Shown: positions 27,720-37,938 of the stretch, in pieces | How the letters are laid out: the number at the start of each line of letters is the position of its first letter | Numbering within the stretch: the first letter of the stretch is position 1 | NCBI GenBank assembly: GCA_034530615.2 | Contig: JAVRCV020000046.1 | Span: 1 to 64,000 of the forward strand | DNA length: 64,000 bases | Source of the DNA: Aulosira sp. ZfuVER01 | Lineage (GTDB): Bacteria; Cyanobacteriota; Cyanobacteriia; Cyanobacteriales; Nostocaceae | Direction: 5' to 3' | Program-made: the position numbers and the translations under genes | The notes under the pieces: model-generated | What the model was told of the DNA's origin: nothing | Database searches by the model: none | What the model saw: only the letters and a program-made list of their open reading frames with translations

Positions 27720-28877
27720 ATGCACACAACTGACTACATTATCCCAGTTAGCGGCAAACGAATTCCTGGATGGACTAGCGCCTATTACCCTGGTTGGAGA
27801 CAAGAATATTTACATCCTGAGAATATTGATTATAGCGTTGTCACTACTATCATCCATTTTGCTGTAAAACCTGGCATTAAACAGCACGACTCGCTTTTAG
27901 ACCCAGCAGGCTTGGACTTTGAGACTAATCAAATCACCCCAGACAACTCGGCGGCGCTATTGCAAGCAGCTCATATAGCCGGAACTAAAGTTCTGTTTGC
28001 GATCGGCGGAAGAGACGGTAAAGGCGAAGTAAAAGGAGCGACACGCAATAGATTTAGAGCCGCTATTAGCCCAGAAAACCTTGAAGCCTTTACTACTAAT
28101 CTTGTCAAATTTTTGACAAACAATGGTATAGGCTATGATGGCGAACAATACGATGGTATTGATATTGATTGGCAACCTGTGACAGAAGACGATGAAGAGC
28201 AGTATGCTGCGTTCATTCATCTTTTAAGTCAGAAATTGAGTGCTATTGCTCCCAAGCCGATATTAACTGCTGCTGTTAAAGAGCGACCAGGACTATTTGC
28301 AAGATTACATAAGCAATTCGAGCAAATCAATATCATCAGCTATAACTTAGCCGGGAATCAACTAGGTTCAGTAACATGGCACAATGCACCAATTTATGAT
28401 GGTGGTAACAAGTTTCCTAGTAATGGCGATCTGCTTCCTTCGGCTGATGGCCTTGTCAAAGCCTTTATTAATGCAGGCGTGCCAGCAAATAAATTAGCGA
28501 TTGGCATTGATTTTGAGGGAAAAAAATGGGGTGGTGTTTTTGAGCCACTACAAAAATGGGATAAAACCCAGATACCTACATTGGGAGCAATCCCATATTT
28601 TGAAATTATCAATCGCTATTACAAAAAACAAGTCTACCACTGGGATACAACTGCTCAGGCAGCCTATTTGAAGATTAATACACTAGGTTCGGCTACTGAT
28701 AGTTTTATCTCTTATGACGATGAAACATCTGTTAATGCAAAGATTGATTATGTGGAAAGCAATGGCTTAGGAGGCGTAATCATTTGGGATCTAGCTGCTG
28801 GCTGGCTACCCGAAGCCGAGATTCGCGATCCTCTACTTCAGGCTATTAAAAATGCTGCATACCCATTAGTTTACTGA
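27720..28877 (+). CDS. GH18 chitinase-like protein, catalytic Glu replaced by Gln
   Basis: KVLFAIGG, YDGIDIDWQ, ISYDD, GLGGVIIW. Confidence 0.8.
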   Translation: MHTTDYIIPVSGKRIPGWTSAYYPGWRQEYLHPENIDYSVVTTIIHFAVKPGIKQHDSLLDPAGLDFETNQITPDNSAALLQAAHIAGTKVLFAIGGRDGKGEVKGATRNRFRAAISPENLEAFTTNLVKFLTNNGIGYDGEQYDGIDIDWQPVTEDDEEQYAAFIHLLSQKLSAIAPKPILTAAVKERPGLFARLHKQFEQINIISYNLAGNQLGSVTWHNAPIYDGGNKFPSNGDLLPSADGLVKAFINAGVPANKLAIGIDFEGKKWGGVFEPLQKWDKTQIPTLGAIPYFEIINRYYKKQVYHWDTTAQAAYLKINTLGSATDSFISYDDETSVNAKIDYVESNGLGGVIIWDLAAGWLPEAEIRDPLLQAIKNAAYPLVY

Positions 28878-29627
28878 TGGGGCTGGGATATCAGTTGCGA
28901 TCGCTTGATACTCCCGGCCGGAAAATGGACGAAAGTCTTCATGCCATTCTCCTGTCAGATTACACAACAAACGTAACTGAAGTGGTGTTGGTACTGGATT
29001 TATACGCTCAACGTGTACTTTGACAAGCTGTGAATTTTTATTTTTGAGTTGAGAAATATCATCCACAATATATCGAGGGCAATAACCTACAATATGATGA
29101 TCCTCAGTGCATAAGAGCAATGCATGCGAGTCATAGGGATTTTGAAATTCATGAGCTAAATATAAAATTTCACCCGGTTGCAATTGATTAATTCGTTCAA
29201 TTGCACAATCGGGAAGGTGTCGAACTCCGTGTGCAAAAAAGTGGATGTGATATAAACCATTCTCATCTGGTTCTGGACAGGGAAAAACCTCAAAATTATC
29301 TGTTGCTTTTCTACCACCACTGCGAGCCAGAATTGCAATTGGATCGTCTTCACCTTCTGGAATATTCAGCCATTCAATATAATTTTTATAGTCAGGGCGA
29401 GAACGTTGCATTAATCGATTGTAGAACAAGGGAAAAATTTCACTAGAAGTGTATACCTTGTTGAAATCTGGGAATGAAATTAATGGTTGAAAGCCGTACT
29501 TAGACTTAGCTTCTACTGCACCATGCGTATAAGCAAACTGGTATTTGTTTTCATCAAAATTTAACCGACCAATGGGAAACCAATCGCGACTTTTGGGATC
29601 TTGCCAAGCTAAAAATAGTGTTTTCAT
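28866..29627 (-). CDS. HIRAN-domain protein
   Basis: FFAHGVRH…EFQNPYDSHALLL…VGYCPRY; N-terminal WFPIGRL…FAYT…LFYNRL region. Confidence 0.8.
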   Translation of the reverse strand: MKTLFLAWQDPKSRDWFPIGRLNFDENKYQFAYTHGAVEAKSKYGFQPLISFPDFNKVYTSSEIFPLFYNRLMQRSRPDYKNYIEWLNIPEGEDDPIAILARSGGRKATDNFEVFPCPEPDENGLYHIHFFAHGVRHLPDCAIERINQLQPGEILYLAHEFQNPYDSHALLLCTEDHHIVGYCPRYIVDDISQLKNKNSQLVKVHVERINPVPTPLQLRLLCNLTGEWHEDFRPFSGREYQAIATDIPAPSVN

Positions 29628-29629
29628 AG

Positions 29630-30529
29630 TCAGGTGTCCAGCAGCTTTAGGAGCCTTTTTTGATTGAAATCCAATATTGTTTGTGCAAATGTAATTGCTG
29701 TTTTTGATATCCGATTAGATGGTATGCGCTCAAAAAGCTCTAGCGTATCATTGCTGGACACCCTTGCTAAATTGCTTAACCACACCCTAGCTGCTTCTGG
29801 ATAGCGCTGTTGCACTTCACGAAAAGCATCAAAAGTTTTAAGGCGTTTTTTCTCACCAAAACTAGCATAAATTAAAGAACTACACTTTTCCGCATAACCT
29901 ATGACAGATTTGTTGTTAAGCTTTAAGTGTCGTTTTTCATCAGCAAGTTCTCGACCCATACTAGAGGCGTGGTCATAAGTTGGTGCTAGATAAATCTTCT
30001 CTTTCAAACTAATAAACGCCCAATTTTCATGGTGTCGATCAGTGTTCCCAATCCAAGCATCCAAAAGTAAATATCCAACAAAAATTTCTATTGCACGGTT
30101 TATTCCCTCTACTGGTATCCAGCCGATGGGCAAGTTAACCGAAGGATCTTCTATGGCATGAGATATATTGTGAATTGTGTGTTGAGTTAAGTCTTTAGAA
30201 TCTTGTGGATAATCAGGTACTATCGGAGCCAGAATTTCATTACCAAGAATGAGATTTCCACCTTTAGCCAAAAAAGATGGTGAAATAGTGCCATTTTCAC
30301 CATTGAATGTAGCTAGTTCATAATCTGCATGAGGTAGTCTCAGCAATTTGCACAACTCAGATGCAATCTTTTCTACCCAGTCTTCTCCCGTGTTTGGTCT
30401 AGCTTTCTTGTAGAGGTAACGACCTAGATTTTGATAGCGGAACCAAAACTTTTCTTTGGTTCCTAAATCTTCAATAACTTCAGGTGCTTCTAGGGGAACC
30501 TCAATTATAGAAAACTTTTCTGGCAACAT
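29630..30529 (-). CDS. HipA-like kinase
   Basis: LGTKEKFW, EKIASEL, LDAWIGNTDRHHENW, LAPTYDHASS; ends 2 bp before the HIRAN gene start. Confidence 0.85.
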   Translation of the reverse strand: MLPEKFSIIEVPLEAPEVIEDLGTKEKFWFRYQNLGRYLYKKARPNTGEDWVEKIASELCKLLRLPHADYELATFNGENGTISPSFLAKGGNLILGNEILAPIVPDYPQDSKDLTQHTIHNISHAIEDPSVNLPIGWIPVEGINRAIEIFVGYLLLDAWIGNTDRHHENWAFISLKEKIYLAPTYDHASSMGRELADEKRHLKLNNKSVIGYAEKCSSLIYASFGEKKRLKTFDAFREVQQRYPEAARVWLSNLARVSSNDTLELFERIPSNRISKTAITFAQTILDFNQKRLLKLLDT

Positions 30530-30576
30530 TTTGATTTTGTGACAAGCCGCTACGCATTTCCCCATCAAAAGGTATT

Positions 30577-31323
30577 CTAAGCTGAGAGTGAAGTTTTAAC
30601 TTGACCAAAACGGCGATCGCGTTTTTGGTAACTCAATAAAGCTTGATGAAATGCTTCTCTGTTAAAATCTGGCCAAAGAATATCAGTAAAGTACATCTCT
30701 GTATACGCCATTTGCCATAACAGAAAATTACTCAAGCGCATTTCACCGCTAGTACGAATCAACAAATCTGGTTCAGGAGTATCTGCTGTGTAGAGATGTT
30801 GGGCGACAAAACTTTCATTCACCTCTTCCGCACTGAGTTCGCCACGTTCCACTAGTTCCGCTACTTGACGACAAACCCTAGTAATTTCGTTGCGGCTACC
30901 GTAGTTGACTGCAACAGTAAAGTGTATGGCTTGATTGTGCAATGTCTCTGTCATTGAACGTTGCATTTCGGTTTGTAGAGACTGGGGTAAAGCCGATAAA
31001 TCGCCAATAAACGTGATTCGCACTCCTTCTTGATGCATTTGGGCTAATTCCCGATGCAGGAGTCGTTCAAATAAATGCATGAGAAAATCTACTTCTTCAA
31101 CAGGACGCCGCCAATTTTCTGTAGAGAAAGCGTAGGCTGTCAGCGCTTTGATTCCCCAATCCTTGCAGCAGCGCAATAGTTCTTTCAGGGTTTTTGCACC
31201 TTGGCGATGTCCGGCGATGCGGGGTAATCCTCGACTTGTTGCCCATCGACCGTTACCATCCATGATGACGGCTATGTGTTGGGGTAAGTGTTGCGGGTTT
31301 AAATCTGGGGGTAATAAAGTCAT
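30577..31323 (-). CDS. uppS: cis-Prenyltransferase (undecaprenyl diphosphate synthase family)
   Basis: [39 protein letters not shown]. Confidence 0.92.
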   Translation of the reverse strand: MTLLPPDLNPQHLPQHIAVIMDGNGRWATSRGLPRIAGHRQGAKTLKELLRCCKDWGIKALTAYAFSTENWRRPVEEVDFLMHLFERLLHRELAQMHQEGVRITFIGDLSALPQSLQTEMQRSMTETLHNQAIHFTVAVNYGSRNEITRVCRQVAELVERGELSAEEVNESFVAQHLYTADTPEPDLLIRTSGEMRLSNFLLWQMAYTEMYFTDILWPDFNREAFHQALLSYQKRDRRFGQVKTSLSA

Positions 31324-31519
31324 AAATTTTTAGTGTAGATGAAGAATGAAAAAGTTCGCGCAAAGAGCTGGAGATTGCTACCCTGTGGGAAGCCACTTCG
31401 TGTCTACGCTACACTCCGTTTCGCTCGCAATGACAATTGTGCATTTTTTTACTAGGAGTACTCTTACCTAACTTCTTTTTCTTCCTTCGTGTTCTTTGCG
31501 TACTTTGCGGTTCGTTAAA

Positions 31520-32473
31520 TTAATTCTTTGGCGCAACAAGAGTAGTCCCAAACAAACCTTGCAAATACTCTGGTGTCAGGCTATTGTTCCAACTCCACAA
31601 ACGATGCATTACATAAGCGAAAGTGAATAGGAGAGTAGCTTTGTTACTCCAAGACCAAGCATCCCAATTAAGTGTACCCATCATGCGGCGTAGAGTACGC
31701 ATGAGGTTGTTGCGTTGATAGTTTTGAGAGCGTGTTTTGATTAAGGTACGCCCAATGCGCATCAGTCCAGTATCGGGAAAAGCCCAGACACCAAACCCCC
31801 AGAATTTAGTCATGTGGTTGATTTCGTCTTGTGCTAATTCCTCTAGAACATCCTGAAGTGGGCCTGTGGTGTAAGCCATCAGCCAAAGATAAAGACAGGT
31901 TGCACCGTATTCTGTGGCTACGCGGTGTAAGCCGTGGCGATATAGGTCTTCGTAAGGATCGTTTGTGGGAAGGTAGCCGCGAACTATGCGAAGTTTGGGA
32001 GTAATTTTTTCCCCTGTGAGTTGGGTGTAAACCTTAATTAATGCAGGTGTATGTTGACGTTCTTCTTTTTCCCATAAGCCAGGTTCTAGTAGTTCCCCAT
32101 ATTCACCGACACTTCCACCAACAAACCGCGCCATTTGAGGATGCAATTTTGCCAAATACTTTCTACTGGTTTGGGTATAGCCGCGAATCGGGGCTTCTGT
32201 ATCCATTGCACCTATCAAGATAGATAGAAATACTTCTAGATCTATGCCGATAATTTGATTGCAATTAATCGCTTGCCAATCAATGGGTTCCCAGGGACGC
32301 GGTTGGGGATTGGTAAATTGTATCGGTAAATCCTGCAAGCGATCGCGTAGTTTTTCGACTCCGAGGTATTTATCTATTAGGGAACGAATACGGCGCTGTG
32401 TTTGTAAGTAGTGAGGAGAGGGAAAGCTTTGACCTGCTAAATCTTCTGCACCTGGGCTAAGGGTGTTAAGCAT
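31520..32473 (-). CDS. Ferritin-like (di-iron) domain protein
   Basis: Two ExxH motifs (EERQH, DEINH) plus DTE and ATE carboxylates. Confidence 0.7.
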   Translation of the reverse strand: MLNTLSPGAEDLAGQSFPSPHYLQTQRRIRSLIDKYLGVEKLRDRLQDLPIQFTNPQPRPWEPIDWQAINCNQIIGIDLEVFLSILIGAMDTEAPIRGYTQTSRKYLAKLHPQMARFVGGSVGEYGELLEPGLWEKEERQHTPALIKVYTQLTGEKITPKLRIVRGYLPTNDPYEDLYRHGLHRVATEYGATCLYLWLMAYTTGPLQDVLEELAQDEINHMTKFWGFGVWAFPDTGLMRIGRTLIKTRSQNYQRNNLMRTLRRMMGTLNWDAWSWSNKATLLFTFAYVMHRLWSWNNSLTPEYLQGLFGTTLVAPKN

Positions 32474-32629
32474 ATTTTTATACTTTGTTTTTATCTCTAT
32501 GCCCTAGCCTAAGCGATCGCACTTTCTTTTGTCAGTCGGTTGAAGTCGGCAGTTTTATATAATTTAGTTGCAAAAGTTGGGGAAAAAGTAAGATAAGGAA
32601 TGTGTAGATTTTTAGCTAATATCAAAATA

Positions 32630-33595
32630 TTAGTTAAGTTTTTCAAGGAAGTCTTGACTATATTCTGCTGTTTGCCAATTTTTGGCAGATTTAACTTGTT
32701 CTACAGTTAAGCCGGCTGCATTCCAAAAACTAGCTCCTTCTATATCAGCATCATCCAGCTTTGCTCCTTCGAGATTAGCATTGCCAAACTTTGCTCCTTT
32801 TAAATTTGCTTTTTGGAAATTGGCATTTTTAAGTAATGCTCCGTGAAAACTAGCCTCTGAAAAATTAGATGCTTCTAGGTTAGCGTCCTGAAGATTAACT
32901 CCCCAAAGAATAGCATTTGGAAGTTTAGCTCCTTGAAGAGAAACACCAGGAGCTATCAAGTATGCTCCCATTAATGCAGCATTAAACCCCATGGGAAATT
33001 GAGTATGCTCATCGTATAAAACATCTCTAAGGTCAGTACTTTCCAATTTTGCGGTTAAAAGAGAAGCACTGTATAGCCTAGCTCCATAAAGGTCGGCTTT
33101 AGAAAGATTAGCTCCATCAAGTTTTGCTTCCGTAAAATCCGTCTTGTAGAAATTAGCTCCTACTAAATCTGCTCCAGTTAAATCAATCTGCCTCAAGTCA
33201 GCATTGGGAGCATCTACATTTCTCAAAGAAACTCCTTCACTAGCTAAATCTTCCAAGGCAATTTTTCTCGCATAGCTAGTAACTGTATTTGAGGCTGCGG
33301 CTGCATCAATAGCCTTCCAGTATTCAAAATGTGCCCTTTTTCGTTCAGCTTTCGCTCTTTCTTCTTGCTTGGGAAGCTCAAACAAGAAAGTGATTACACC
33401 TATTAAGATACCAAGTTTACTGAGTGCATCAAGTATGTTAATAAATGCTAGCTCTTTCAGCCAATTGTTAATCGGTTTAGAATAAATTAATATACCTGCT
33501 AAAAATATCAGACTAATAAACCAAATTATCCCAATTAAAAGTGTTTTTTGTTGTAAAAAAGATTGATTTTTTTGGAGTGAATTATTGCTTTTCAA
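32630..33595 (-). CDS. Membrane-anchored pentapeptide-repeat protein
   Basis: Two N-terminal TM helices and A(D/N)Lxx repeats; TTG start. Confidence 0.85.
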   Translation of the reverse strand: MKSNNSLQKNQSFLQQKTLLIGIIWFISLIFLAGILIYSKPINNWLKELAFINILDALSKLGILIGVITFLFELPKQEERAKAERKRAHFEYWKAIDAAAASNTVTSYARKIALEDLASEGVSLRNVDAPNADLRQIDLTGADLVGANFYKTDFTEAKLDGANLSKADLYGARLYSASLLTAKLESTDLRDVLYDEHTQFPMGFNAALMGAYLIAPGVSLQGAKLPNAILWGVNLQDANLEASNFSEASFHGALLKNANFQKANLKGAKFGNANLEGAKLDDADIEGASFWNAAGLTVEQVKSAKNWQTAEYSQDFLEKLN

Positions 33596-33934
33596 GTTAT
33601 GTCTACCTTCGCTTATTATATGCTTAGTAAATATCTATACTAATCAAAAAAATAAAAATTTACAGCGTATTTCAGGTAAATGAGGTATTCCTTCTACCTT
33701 GAAAGAGTACTGAGTACAAAGTTAAGAGTAATTAATTATCCTCCTTGTCCTCCTTGTCTCCCTTGTCCTTTTTCATTGAAAGCAACGGGAAACTCCACCC
33801 ACAAGGGGATGGAGTTTTTTATAAAGTCGGGAAAAAAGTCGGATTTACAGAATCTTATCCGAAAATTTGAGAAGCATAACTGTAGAGTAATTTATAGTGA
33901 TTACTAAAGTCTGAACTACCCTAGTCGTTACACA

Positions 33935-36298
33935 ATGGACGCTGAAGCAGCATTAGCATGGTTAGACACCATTATTCCTGCTCAGACCGGGGAACGGTTG
34001 AGCGATTTGCAAAAAGTTATTCTTCAGCAGGTTTGGTTGGGTAGAAAATACTTGGATATCGCCCATTCTTACGGTTGTACGGAAGGACACGCTAAGGATG
34101 CTGGTTCGCAGTTATGGCGGTTACTTTCTAAGGTACTGCGACAGAAGATTACTAAAAGTAATTGTCGTGCTACTTTGGAGCGTGTTCTGAGAAAAAGTAC
34201 TACGATATCCAGTCTGATTGATTATACGCGATCGCCTCAGCAACTCACCCCAACACCAGAGGATGTTAATTTTATTGGACGACAAGATGCGATCGCTCAC
34301 TTGAATACTTTGGTAAATCAAGGGTCGAAGGTGATTGTCATCCAAGGTGAGGGCGGATTAGGCAAAACGACTCTCGCCCAGCAATATCTCCACCAAGGTT
34401 TTGACTTGGTTTTAGAATTGCTGATGGCCAAGGAAACCCAAAATATCACCCCGGCGGAACGGGTAGTAGAGGAATGGCTGAAACAAGACTTTCATGAAGA
34501 ACCAGGGGTAGAATTTGGGGTGACATTGGGACGACTCAAGCGTCAACTCCACAATCGGCGGATTGGGGTGTTAATCGACAATCTCGAACCAGCATTAGAT
34601 CAACAAGGACGGTTAATTGCATCACACCGCAACTATGTAGAACTATTGCGGGTTTTGGCTGATGCAAGGGTGCAGTCTGTGACTCTAATTACCAGTCGCG
34701 ATCGCCTGTGCGAACCTGGGTTGAATGTTGATCGCTATCGACTTCCTGGCTTGGATCTAGGTGCATGGCAACAATTTTTTAGCAATCGTGGGTTAACTAT
34801 CAACTCGTCAACTCTGCAAATGATGCATCGCACATACGGCGGTAATGCCAAAGCGATGGGAATTCTCTGCGGTTCAATTCAGGAAGATTTTGACGGAGAC
34901 ATGGCACTGTATTGGCAAGAAAATCATGCCGATCCGCTAGCAGCCACCGACTTAAAAAATTTAGCAGTTAGTCAAATTAATCGTTTGCAAACCCTCGACC
35001 CTCAAGCCTATCGCCTGCTTTGCCGTTTGGGATGTTATCGTTACCAAGATATACCCACTATCTCAACTCAAGGATTGTTTTGTTTACTGTGGGATGTACC
35101 ACCTGAACAACATCGGCAAATCATTGCTTCCCTGAGAAATCGGTCTTTAGTGGAGTGTCATAACGGTGAATACTGGCTGCATCCGGTGATTCGTGCAGAA
35201 GCGATCGCGCGTTTACGCCCCAGCGATGAATGGGAATTGACTAACTATCAAGCCGCAGAATTTTGGACAACTAGTGTTCAACAAATTGAAACTTTCAAAG
35301 ATGCTTTGCAAGCTCTAGAAGCATATTATCACTACATAGAAATTCATCAATTTGAGTTAGCAGGTAAAGTCATCCTCAAAAGCCGACATAACCAATGGCA
35401 GCAGTTTTTACCTCTCGGGAGTACTCTGTATCGTATGGGTTTAATTCAACCTGTACTGGCGGCAATTCATCAAGTTGTGAACAATCTTGATGATGAGCAA
35501 AATCTCAGCGAACTTTACAATATATTAGGCGATTTATACTGGATAACAGGCAAAATAAATCAAGCGATCGCTTGTCAGGAAAAAACTATCACTCTAGCAA
35601 CCCAAGCACTAAAATCATTTGTACCTCAACCAGAAAATAAACATACAGTTTACTATCTGCGAATGCTAGAGGTAGATTCTTTATTAAGCATTGGTCTGTA
35701 CAAAATAGATTTGTGGGAACTAGAGGCGGCTGCAAAGTTATTTCAACAAGTAATTTACCTAGCTCAAAATACTGAGCATCATCGCTGGGCTGAGAAAGCT
35801 TCTGTGTGTTTAGCTTTAGTATATTCTTATTTAGGTTTGCGTGATGCTTCTTATGCTTTAGCAGATGTAGCTTATCGAAATATGACAACCGAAAAACTAG
35901 GGGAACAGACTGGAAGATTTGTCTATTTCATGCAAATTTTGGGACAAACCTACGTCAATTTAGGAGAATTTGAGCGGGCAAATCAAATATTTCAGCAAGC
36001 TTTAACTGTTGCAGAAGAAAGCCACTATATGCAAGTGAAAGCAAAAACACTGAATGGTTTAGCAGAAATTTATCGTCAACAAGCAGAATTTGATTTAGCC
36101 CTGGCTAATCATACAGAAGCAATTGAACTTTTGGATCAAATTGGTGCTAAGTGTGATTTAGCTGAAGCTTATTTTCAATTGGGTTTAACTTATCAACAGA
36201 TGACAAAGCTTGATGAAAGTCAGATGAATTTTCATCGAGCAATGCAGCTATTTACTGAAATAGAAGCTCCCAAACAAGTTGACAAGATTTTAAATTGA
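33935..36298 (+). CDS. NB-ARC/STAND ATPase with N-terminal HTH-like domain and C-terminal TPRs
   Basis: FIGR, GEGGLGKTT, LIDNLE, LITSR, WLHPVIR, TPRs. Confidence 0.85.
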   Translation: MDAEAALAWLDTIIPAQTGERLSDLQKVILQQVWLGRKYLDIAHSYGCTEGHAKDAGSQLWRLLSKVLRQKITKSNCRATLERVLRKSTTISSLIDYTRSPQQLTPTPEDVNFIGRQDAIAHLNTLVNQGSKVIVIQGEGGLGKTTLAQQYLHQGFDLVLELLMAKETQNITPAERVVEEWLKQDFHEEPGVEFGVTLGRLKRQLHNRRIGVLIDNLEPALDQQGRLIASHRNYVELLRVLADARVQSVTLITSRDRLCEPGLNVDRYRLPGLDLGAWQQFFSNRGLTINSSTLQMMHRTYGGNAKAMGILCGSIQEDFDGDMALYWQENHADPLAATDLKNLAVSQINRLQTLDPQAYRLLCRLGCYRYQDIPTISTQGLFCLLWDVPPEQHRQIIASLRNRSLVECHNGEYWLHPVIRAEAIARLRPSDEWELTNYQAAEFWTTSVQQIETFKDALQALEAYYHYIEIHQFELAGKVILKSRHNQWQQFLPLGSTLYRMGLIQPVLAAIHQVVNNLDDEQNLSELYNILGDLYWITGKINQAIACQEKTITLATQALKSFVPQPENKHTVYYLRMLEVDSLLSIGLYKIDLWELEAAAKLFQQVIYLAQNTEHHRWAEKASVCLALVYSYLGLRDASYALADVAYRNMTTEKLGEQTGRFVYFMQILGQTYVNLGEFERANQIFQQALTVAEESHYMQVKAKTLNGLAEIYRQQAEFDLALANHTEAIELLDQIGAKCDLAEAYFQLGLTYQQMTKLDESQMNFHRAMQLFTEIEAPKQVDKILN

Positions 36299-36328
36299 GG
36301 ACGATTGCATCCTATATCGCTCATCTAT

Positions 36329-36910
36329 TCAACTTTCAGCTTCTTCAGCTTCAAACTGCACTTGTCGGTACAAATCAGCAATTGCTATTTCTACATTCAC
36401 CGATTCAAGTGTCAATCTATCTTCCAAACTATACTCCGACAGCACCCATTTTCCCTGTTCGTTGCGCCGAAACACTTCCACCCCCGGTTGCGCTACTTGT
36501 ACTAAGACATATTCTTGCAAGGTTGGAGATTGGCGGTATTTGGCAAACTTTTTCCCCCGATCGGCGGCTTCCGTTGAAGGTGATAGCACTTCGACAATTA
36601 AGCAGGGAAATTGCACCAACTGCGGATCGTTTTCGCGATCATCGCAAGTCACTACCACATCGGGATAAAAATACTTTTGCCCAGGTTCTACCTGTACCTT
36701 CACATCTACAGTGTATACTTCATAGGAGCGATCGCCTAAAGCATCATCTAGAAGCTTAAAGAAATTTGCAGAAACCCGATTATGGTTGCGTGTACCACCA
36801 CTCATCGCCACAACTTCGCCATCCCAATACTCGTAGCGTTGTTCTTGGGTGGATTCCCAAACCAGATATTCTTCTGCACTCATCAAAATGCGATCAGGTA
36901 AAGCAACCAT
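36329..36910 (-). CDS. Uma2-family endonuclease-like protein
   Basis: YEYWDGEVVAMSGG, YPDVVV, EVLSPST; ATG at 36910. Confidence 0.88.
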   Translation of the reverse strand: MVALPDRILMSAEEYLVWESTQEQRYEYWDGEVVAMSGGTRNHNRVSANFFKLLDDALGDRSYEVYTVDVKVQVEPGQKYFYPDVVVTCDDRENDPQLVQFPCLIVEVLSPSTEAADRGKKFAKYRQSPTLQEYVLVQVAQPGVEVFRRNEQGKWVLSEYSLEDRLTLESVNVEIAIADLYRQVQFEAEEAES

Positions 36911-37041
36911 CGGTGCGATCGGGGAATGATTTACTGTTCTAAGATAGCGAAAAAGGACATCTTTTTTGTACAACTCTCGCAAAGGAGAGACATTGAGCCA
37001 AGCAACGCACCACGTTTCCTACTACATATATGGCTAACTAT

Positions 37042-37377
37042 CTAAGCAACGCCGTAATCTGTGTACTGCCTTTTATACGGAGGTTGCAATCCCAAAACAA
37101 TATCGTCTTTGGCAACACCCATTTTAACTAACTCCTCAGCAGGATTCTGATCTGTTAAGTTCTGCTGAAGCCATATTTTTCCATTTTTAATATCAAAATG
37201 CATCACACATCTATAAATACGATCAAATTGTTGCCAACCCACATTCATCCACTGATAATGATCTCGCTTTGTATCAAAGATGAGTTGAGTTTCTACTTCA
37301 TTATTTGAAACATCATCATTGGCATAATGAGTTAGCAAGGTTTGAATATACTCTCGGTACTTTGCTATTTTATCCAT
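37042..37377 (-). CDS. xisI: XisI-family protein
   Basis: DTKRDHYQ…GW…HFDIKNGKIWLQQN…GVAKDDIVLG. Confidence 0.9.
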   Translation of the reverse strand: MDKIAKYREYIQTLLTHYANDDVSNNEVETQLIFDTKRDHYQWMNVGWQQFDRIYRCVMHFDIKNGKIWLQQNLTDQNPAEELVKMGVAKDDIVLGLQPPYKRQYTDYGVA

Positions 37378-37781
37378 TGTACAATTACCTCATTCACTGG
37401 GTCGTAGACAACTAACAAAACTTGATATTTTTGCACTGCTGTCTGCGTGAACTCAAGTTGAAAGAAAGTTCGATAGGCATCTACTGGAACTGCTAAATAT
37501 AATACTCGCTCTGGCTCAGTTCCTTCTAAAGCTAGGCGATAACTAAGAAATTGACCTAAAGCCGCATAGAAATCTGTAATTGCAGAAGCATTCAGAAAGC
37601 TCTTAATCTCAACTGCTATTTTCTCACCTGCTCTCTCGGCTGCAACCAATCTTTCTGCGCCCAAATCAATCTGAAAATTGACGTTACCAAATTTAAATTT
37701 AAGTGGATCATCTGTAATTACCCATTGCTCTTTTTGCAAAGCTTGCTTGACTGATTCGTGAAAGATGTCCTTTGCTGACAC
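37365..37781 (-). CDS. xisH: XisH-family protein
   Basis: GTG start SAKDIFH, IDLGAE, IAVEIKSF, ALGQFLSY; overlaps xisI. Confidence 0.9.
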   Translation of the reverse strand: MSAKDIFHESVKQALQKEQWVITDDPLKFKFGNVNFQIDLGAERLVAAERAGEKIAVEIKSFLNASAITDFYAALGQFLSYRLALEGTEPERVLYLAVPVDAYRTFFQLEFTQTAVQKYQVLLVVYDPVNEVIVQWIK

Positions 37782-37938
37782 AGATAAAATTAAATATTTA
37801 TACACTCACGATCGTACTCTTTTTACTGAAAAAGTAAACGTCTGTGTGAACACCAGATATAATATGACATCACCTCATAAATCAATCTGTGAGAAAATAA
37901 TCTTGTTGTCCTACCAGCAATGCGATCGCTTACGACTT

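Noticed and set aside
37042..37781. fdxN excision element
   Set aside because: No xisF recombinase or interrupted fdxN in the window; XisH/XisI paralogues are common on their own.
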